In this document: positions 6,572 through 9,293 of the stretch, piece after piece
Layout of the letters: each line of letters begins with the position of its first letter
Numbering within the stretch: position 1 is the first letter of the stretch
Source of the DNA: a virus
Lineage: Duplodnaviria > Heunggongvirae > Uroviricota > Caudoviricetes
Virus record (IMG/VR): IMGVR_UViG_2554235177_000006
Direction: 5' to 3' (one strand)
DNA: 9,293 bases
Notes under the pieces: model-generated
What the model was told of the DNA's origin: nothing
The model's input: only the letters and a program-made list of their open reading frames with translations
Databases searched by the model: none
Translations under genes and position numbers: made by a program

Positions 6572-7041
6572 ACATAAACCGAATGCTTTCCGCGTTTATC
6601 GTTATTCTGCTGGTGGCCTGTGGTGCGCTGTGGATGGCAACAGACCATTACCGTGATAACGCGATTACCTACAAAGCGCAGCGCGATAACAAAGCCAGTG
6701 AACTGAAGCTGGCGAACGCAACCATTACTGATATGCAGGTGCGCCAGCGCGATGTTGCTGCGCTCGATGCAAAATACTCGAGGGAATTAGCCGATGCGAG
6801 AGCTGAAAATGAAACTCTTCGCGCTGACGTTGCCGCTGGTCGTAAGCGCCTGCGGATCAACGCCACCTGTCCAGGCTCCGTGCGTGAAGCCCCCACCACC
6901 TCCGGCGTGGATAATGCAACCGGCCCCCAACTGGCAGACACCGTTACACGGGATTATTTCACCCTCAGAGAGCGGCTGATGACGATGCACAAGCAACTGG
7001 AAGGGGCACAGGACTATATCCGCACTCAGTGCCTGAAATAA
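6568..7041 (+). CDS. Rz: Rz i-spanin (inner-membrane spanin subunit)
   Basis: Translation closely matches lambda Rz ([14 protein letters not shown]...DMQ(V/M)[12 protein letters not shown]...[10 protein letters not shown](M/I)TM(H/Q)KQLEG). Start either GTG 6568 (coupled) or ATG 6583. Confidence 0.9.
   Translation: MNINRMLSAFIVILLVACGALWMATDHYRDNAITYKAQRDNKASELKLANATITDMQVRQRDVAALDAKYSRELADARAENETLRADVAAGRKRLRINATCPGSVREAPTTSGVDNATGPQLADTVTRDYFTLRERLMTMHKQLEGAQDYIRTQCLK
6609..6616 (+). other. Chi octamer GCTGGTGG
   Basis: Exact match read in sequence. Confidence 0.9.
6794..6979 (+). CDS. Rz1: Rz1 o-spanin (outer-membrane lipoprotein) embedded in Rz in the +1 frame
   Basis: 61 aa with lipobox-like LVVSAC and proline-rich [14 protein letters not shown]...WQTPL(H/N)GIISPSE, closely matching lambda Rz1. 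GAGGGAA upstream of ATG 6794. Confidence 0.85.
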   Translation: MRELKMKLFALTLPLVVSACGSTPPVQAPCVKPPPPPAWIMQPAPNWQTPLHGIISPSESG

Positions 7042-7351
7042 GTTTTGTTGATGCGCCGTATCGTCGCTATATTCCCTCATTAACAGAGACCGCAGCCCGA
7101 CAGGGAGACTCCTCTGCGCGAGTGTGCGGGGATAATTAAAAACGATGCACACCGGGTTTTTACCGCGTTAATGATTCGCGGGTTTATCCCGGTGCGATGG
7201 TGGAAGAAACAGGAAGCTGTATTACAGAAAGTGCTACTACTGTATCCCGATGCGATGTATGTAATGTGAGTCAGATAATGGCACAGGATGTGGTGATGTG
7301 GCAGTCTGGAACACAGGATATATTGTCAGAATAAGACCCGTAGGAATAAAA

Positions 7352-7678
7352 ATGAAAAGACGCCTTTTACTACTTTTTCTGTTATCTGTCCTGGCAGTGG
7401 GATGCTCGCAGCAAAAAGCTGATGAGCCCCGGCAATTAGTGACGGTGTATCCACGATATCCGGAATATGCTGCAGCAAATTATATCAAGGGGCTGGTTGA
7501 GGTTAAGTTCGATATTGGTGCTGATGGGACTGTGACACGGATCGTTTTTCTCCGCTCAGAGCCTCATAATTTGTTTCGTGATGAAGTGGTGAAGGCCATG
7601 GCGAAATGGCGATTTGAAAAGAATCGCCCCTGTCAGGGAGTGAAGAGACAATTTATCTTTACGCCGTCACGTCCTTGA
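7352..7678 (+). CDS. Putative lipoprotein with TonB C-terminal domain (108 aa)
   Basis: AGGA 6 nt upstream of ATG; N-terminus MKRRLLLLFLLSVLAVGCSQQ is a signal peptide with a Cys at the likely lipidation site. The rest (GLVEVKFDIGADGTV...LRSEPHNLFRDEVVKAMAKWRFE) matches the TonB_C pattern G.V.VKFD...DG.V...S.P...F..EV..AM..WR.E. Confidence 0.7.
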   Translation: MKRRLLLLFLLSVLAVGCSQQKADEPRQLVTVYPRYPEYAAANYIKGLVEVKFDIGADGTVTRIVFLRSEPHNLFRDEVVKAMAKWRFEKNRPCQGVKRQFIFTPSRP

Positions 7679-7769
7679 TGCTTCCAGGTAGAGAGGGGCT
7701 GGACGCAGGAGAAAAATGAAAGAGCCAGCGGTTATATTTTTGTCATGGCTGACGAGGAATGATGGAAGA

Positions 7770-7794
7770 AGGCGTTGTATGCCACACAACGCCT
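7770..7794. terminator. Putative bidirectional hairpin terminator between convergent genes
   Basis: Perfect 9-bp stem AGGCGTTGT/ACAACGCCT with 7-nt loop, between the + strand TonB-C gene (ends 7678) and the minus-strand ORF (ends 7801); pyrimidine/T-rich flanks on both sides. Confidence 0.45.
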
Positions 7795-7800
7795 CACTGT

Positions 7801-7980
7801 TCATTTCTTCTTTTTCTCTGGTGGAACCCGATGAATAAGAGTTGCACTGGTTTCCGATGAGATGGCGATATACTCGGGCAAAGTATGCTGGCAGTTTTCC
7901 AACTGGTCAAAAATACCTGCTCTCGTCTGTTGCAATGCCTGCAGCATGCGGCGGCAATGCGCCTTGCTTTTACTAACCAT
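7801..7980 (-). CDS. Hypothetical small protein (59 aa); may extend upstream to ATG 8154 (117 aa)
   Basis: Very strong RBS (AGAGGAAGGAAAG) immediately upstream of ATG 7980. The upstream in-frame extension (IRIYLVLHDEFTQRLIEEGK) looks like a ribbon-helix-helix beta strand plus helix, but its ATG at 8154 has no RBS and overlaps the next ORF. Confidence 0.35.
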   Translation of the reverse strand: MVSKSKAHCRRMLQALQQTRAGIFDQLENCQHTLPEYIAISSETSATLIHRVPPEKKKK

Positions 7981-8041
7981 CTTTCCTTCCTCTATCAGTC
8001 GCTGCGTGAACTCATCATGTAATACCAGGTAAATGCGGATG

Positions 8042-8293
8042 TTATCGGTTTTGGCTACGCAGCATAGTACAAAACGGACAGGTGCATCCCGGGACGGGGG
8101 AGGCGTCACATGTCCCTGTGATGGTTGTTCCGGGTAATGCACTGTGTGGGGCATAAAAATGTCCGATAATTTTACTTTCTACCGCAGTTAGTTGATTCGT
8201 TGGTCCTGGTAGCACATTGGGCGAGGATTTAAATGCCAGGCAACTGAAGGATGATGTTGCAAGGGAGATAGCGAGAATATTTCTGATTTTCAT
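8042..8293 (-). CDS. Hypothetical small secreted protein (83 aa) with N-terminal signal peptide
   Basis: ATG 8293 with AGAGG about 9 nt upstream; N-terminus MKIRNILAISLATSSFSCLA is signal-peptide-like; candidate sigma70 promoter (TTACAG, 18-nt spacer, TATTAT) between it and cos. Its 3' end overlaps the long form of the neighbouring ORF in another frame. Confidence 0.35.
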   Translation of the reverse strand: MKIRNILAISLATSSFSCLAFKSSPNVLPGPTNQLTAVESKIIGHFYAPHSALPGTTITGTCDASPVPGCTCPFCTMLRSQNR

Positions 8294-8441
8294 TTGATGA
8301 TGCCTCTGTGTGAAATGACGGTAAACGACGCACTTGTGCCGGCACATAATAGCAAGCACCATAATAGATCAGATTCGATTCTTGCTGTAAGTGATAATTA
8401 TTCTCGTTTTCGGGTCCTTTCCGTCGATCCAACAGGTTACG

Positions 8442-8453
8442 GGGCGGCGACCT
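8442..8453 (+). other. cosN: lambda-type 12-nt cohesive-end sequence GGGCGGCGACCT
   Basis: Exact GGGCGGCGACCT followed by CGCGGGTTTTCGCTATTTATGAAAATTTTCCGG, as at the lambda left end; preceded by lambda-right-end-like CGGGTCCTTTCCG..GATCC.ACAGGTTACG (the cosQ side). Confidence 0.8.
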
Positions 8454-8490
8454 CGCGGGTTTTCGCTATTTATGAAAATTTTCCGGGGAA

Positions 8491-8605
8491 AATCATGTCG
8501 GTACTTCTCGAACATAACTATTTGTTTTTTCTAATATCGAATCCGTAAAAGGTCCGACATGAAAACGCCTAAAAAAGTCATTTTCGGGCACTTTCATGTC
8601 GGCCC
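8491..8605 (+). promoter_or_regulatory. cosB: three copies of a TTCATGTCGG-like element (putative terminase small-subunit R sites), two direct and one inverted
   Basis: CATGTCGG at 8494-8501 and 8595-8602 (direct) and CCGACATG at 8554-8561 (inverted), between cosN and the Nu1 start, mirroring the lambda R3/R2/R1 layout but with different sequence. Confidence 0.6.
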
Positions 8606-8629
8606 CTGTATTTATTGTGAGACTGTTTC

Positions 8630-9175
8630 ATGAAGGTTAATAAAAAGAAACTTGCCGAAATTTTCAACGTGGATCCGCGAACGATTGAACGCTGGCAGTC
8701 TCAGGGACTCCCTTGCGTCTCCGGAGGTGGTAAGGGCGTTGAATCTGTATTTGATACCGCCATGGCAATTCAGTGGTATGCGCAGAGGGAAGCTGATATC
8801 GAAAATGAAAAACTCCGTAAAGAGGTTGAGGATTACAGGGCTGCCAGTGAGGCAGATCTCCAGCCTGGGACTATTGAGTACGAACGCCATCGACTTACGC
8901 GTGCGCAGGCCGACGCACAGGAGCTGAAAAATGCCAGAGACTCCGCTGAAGTGGTGGAAACCGCATTCTGTACTTTCGTGCTGTCACGGATCGCAGGTGA
9001 AATTGCCAGTATTCTTGACGGGATCCCTCTCTCGGTACAGCGGCGTTTTCCGGAACTGGAAAACCGACATGTTGATTTCCTGAAACGGGATATCATCAAA
9101 GCCATGAACAAAGCAGCCGCGCTGGATGAACTGATACCGGGGTTGCTGAGTGAATATATCGAACAGTCAGATTGA
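8630..9175 (+). CDS. nu1: Terminase small subunit Nu1
   Basis: 181 aa; C-terminal two-thirds (ADIENEKLR...[59 protein letters not shown]...) near-identical to lambda Nu1 as I recall it; N-terminal DNA-binding part diverged. Confidence 0.95.
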   Translation: MKVNKKKLAEIFNVDPRTIERWQSQGLPCVSGGGKGVESVFDTAMAIQWYAQREADIENEKLRKEVEDYRAASEADLQPGTIEYERHRLTRAQADAQELKNARDSAEVVETAFCTFVLSRIAGEIASILDGIPLSVQRRFPELENRHVDFLKRDIIKAMNKAAALDELIPGLLSEYIEQSD

Positions 9176-9293
9176 TATTCTGCGGCGTGATGTACGCGCC
9201 GGGCTGCGAGCCCTGTTCAGGCCGGAGCCACAGACTGCCGTTGAATGGGCGGATGCCAGTTACTATCTCCCGAAAGAATCCGCATACCAGGAA
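9150..9293 (+). CDS. A: Terminase large subunit A (N-terminal 48 codons; continues beyond the window)
   Basis: GTG start overlapping the end of nu1; translation (M)NISNSQ...[34 protein letters not shown] matches the lambda gpA N-terminus. Confidence 0.9.
   Translation, partial: MNISNSQIDILRRDVRAGLRALFRPEPQTAVEWADASYYLPKESAYQE

Larger units (their letters stand above)
1..9293 (+). mobile_element. Segment of a lambdoid prophage/phage genome: nin-region end, Q, cargo, lysis cassette, cos, terminase start
   Basis: Order RusA - Q-like ORF - terminator - holin/endolysin/Rz/Rz1 - cosN (GGGCGGCGACCT) - Nu1 - A matches lambda late-region organisation; Nu1, A, Rz and Rz1 translations closely resemble the lambda proteins as I recall them. 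Confidence 0.9.

Noticed and set aside
6669-7152. Minus-strand ORFs 6669-6941 and 6787-7152
   Set aside because: Antisense to Rz/Rz1, which are strongly supported by similarity to the lambda proteins.
8229-8548. ORFs 8229-8432 (-) and 8294-8548 (+) spanning the cos region
   Set aside because: They run through cosN and cosB and the promoter region, with no RBS; almost certainly non-coding.
8612-9111. ORFs 8612-8890 (-), 8652-8927 (+) and 8833-9111 (-)
   Set aside because: Alternative or antisense frames within the Nu1 gene.
1-9293. CRISPR arrays, integrase or attachment sites, IS elements, rRNA
   Set aside because: No regularly spaced direct repeats, no recombinase-like ORF and no inverted terminal repeats seen; the window lies in the phage late and packaging region, far from where an integrase would be expected.

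Overview
This window reads as the right arm of a lambda-like (lambdoid) prophage or phage genome, running through cos into the left arm. All calls are from reading the sequence and ORF translations by eye; no database search was run. Gene order on the + strand: a nin-region tail (small ORF, DUF968/YdfU-like protein with an HNH-type Cys/His motif, RusA resolvase), a putative late antiterminator Q followed by a strong intrinsic terminator, then about 1.8 kb of cargo between Q and the lysis genes. The lysis cassette is phage-21-like (dual-start pinholin, SAR endolysin, Rz/Rz1) but is interrupted by a 296-aa protein of unknown function wedged between holin and endolysin, and by two tiny membrane-protein ORFs between endolysin and Rz. 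Downstream are a lipoprotein with a TonB C-terminal domain, two overlapping minus-strand small ORFs, a lambda-like cosN with three repeated cosB elements, terminase small subunit Nu1 and the start of terminase large subunit A. The most interesting candidate for an undescribed function is the 296-aa gene inside the lysis cassette. Other points worth follow-up are an over-representation of Chi octamers (6 on the + strand), the terminator-bounded cargo units between Q and S, and the TonB-C lipoprotein. No rRNA, tRNA, CRISPR array, integrase or IS element was seen.
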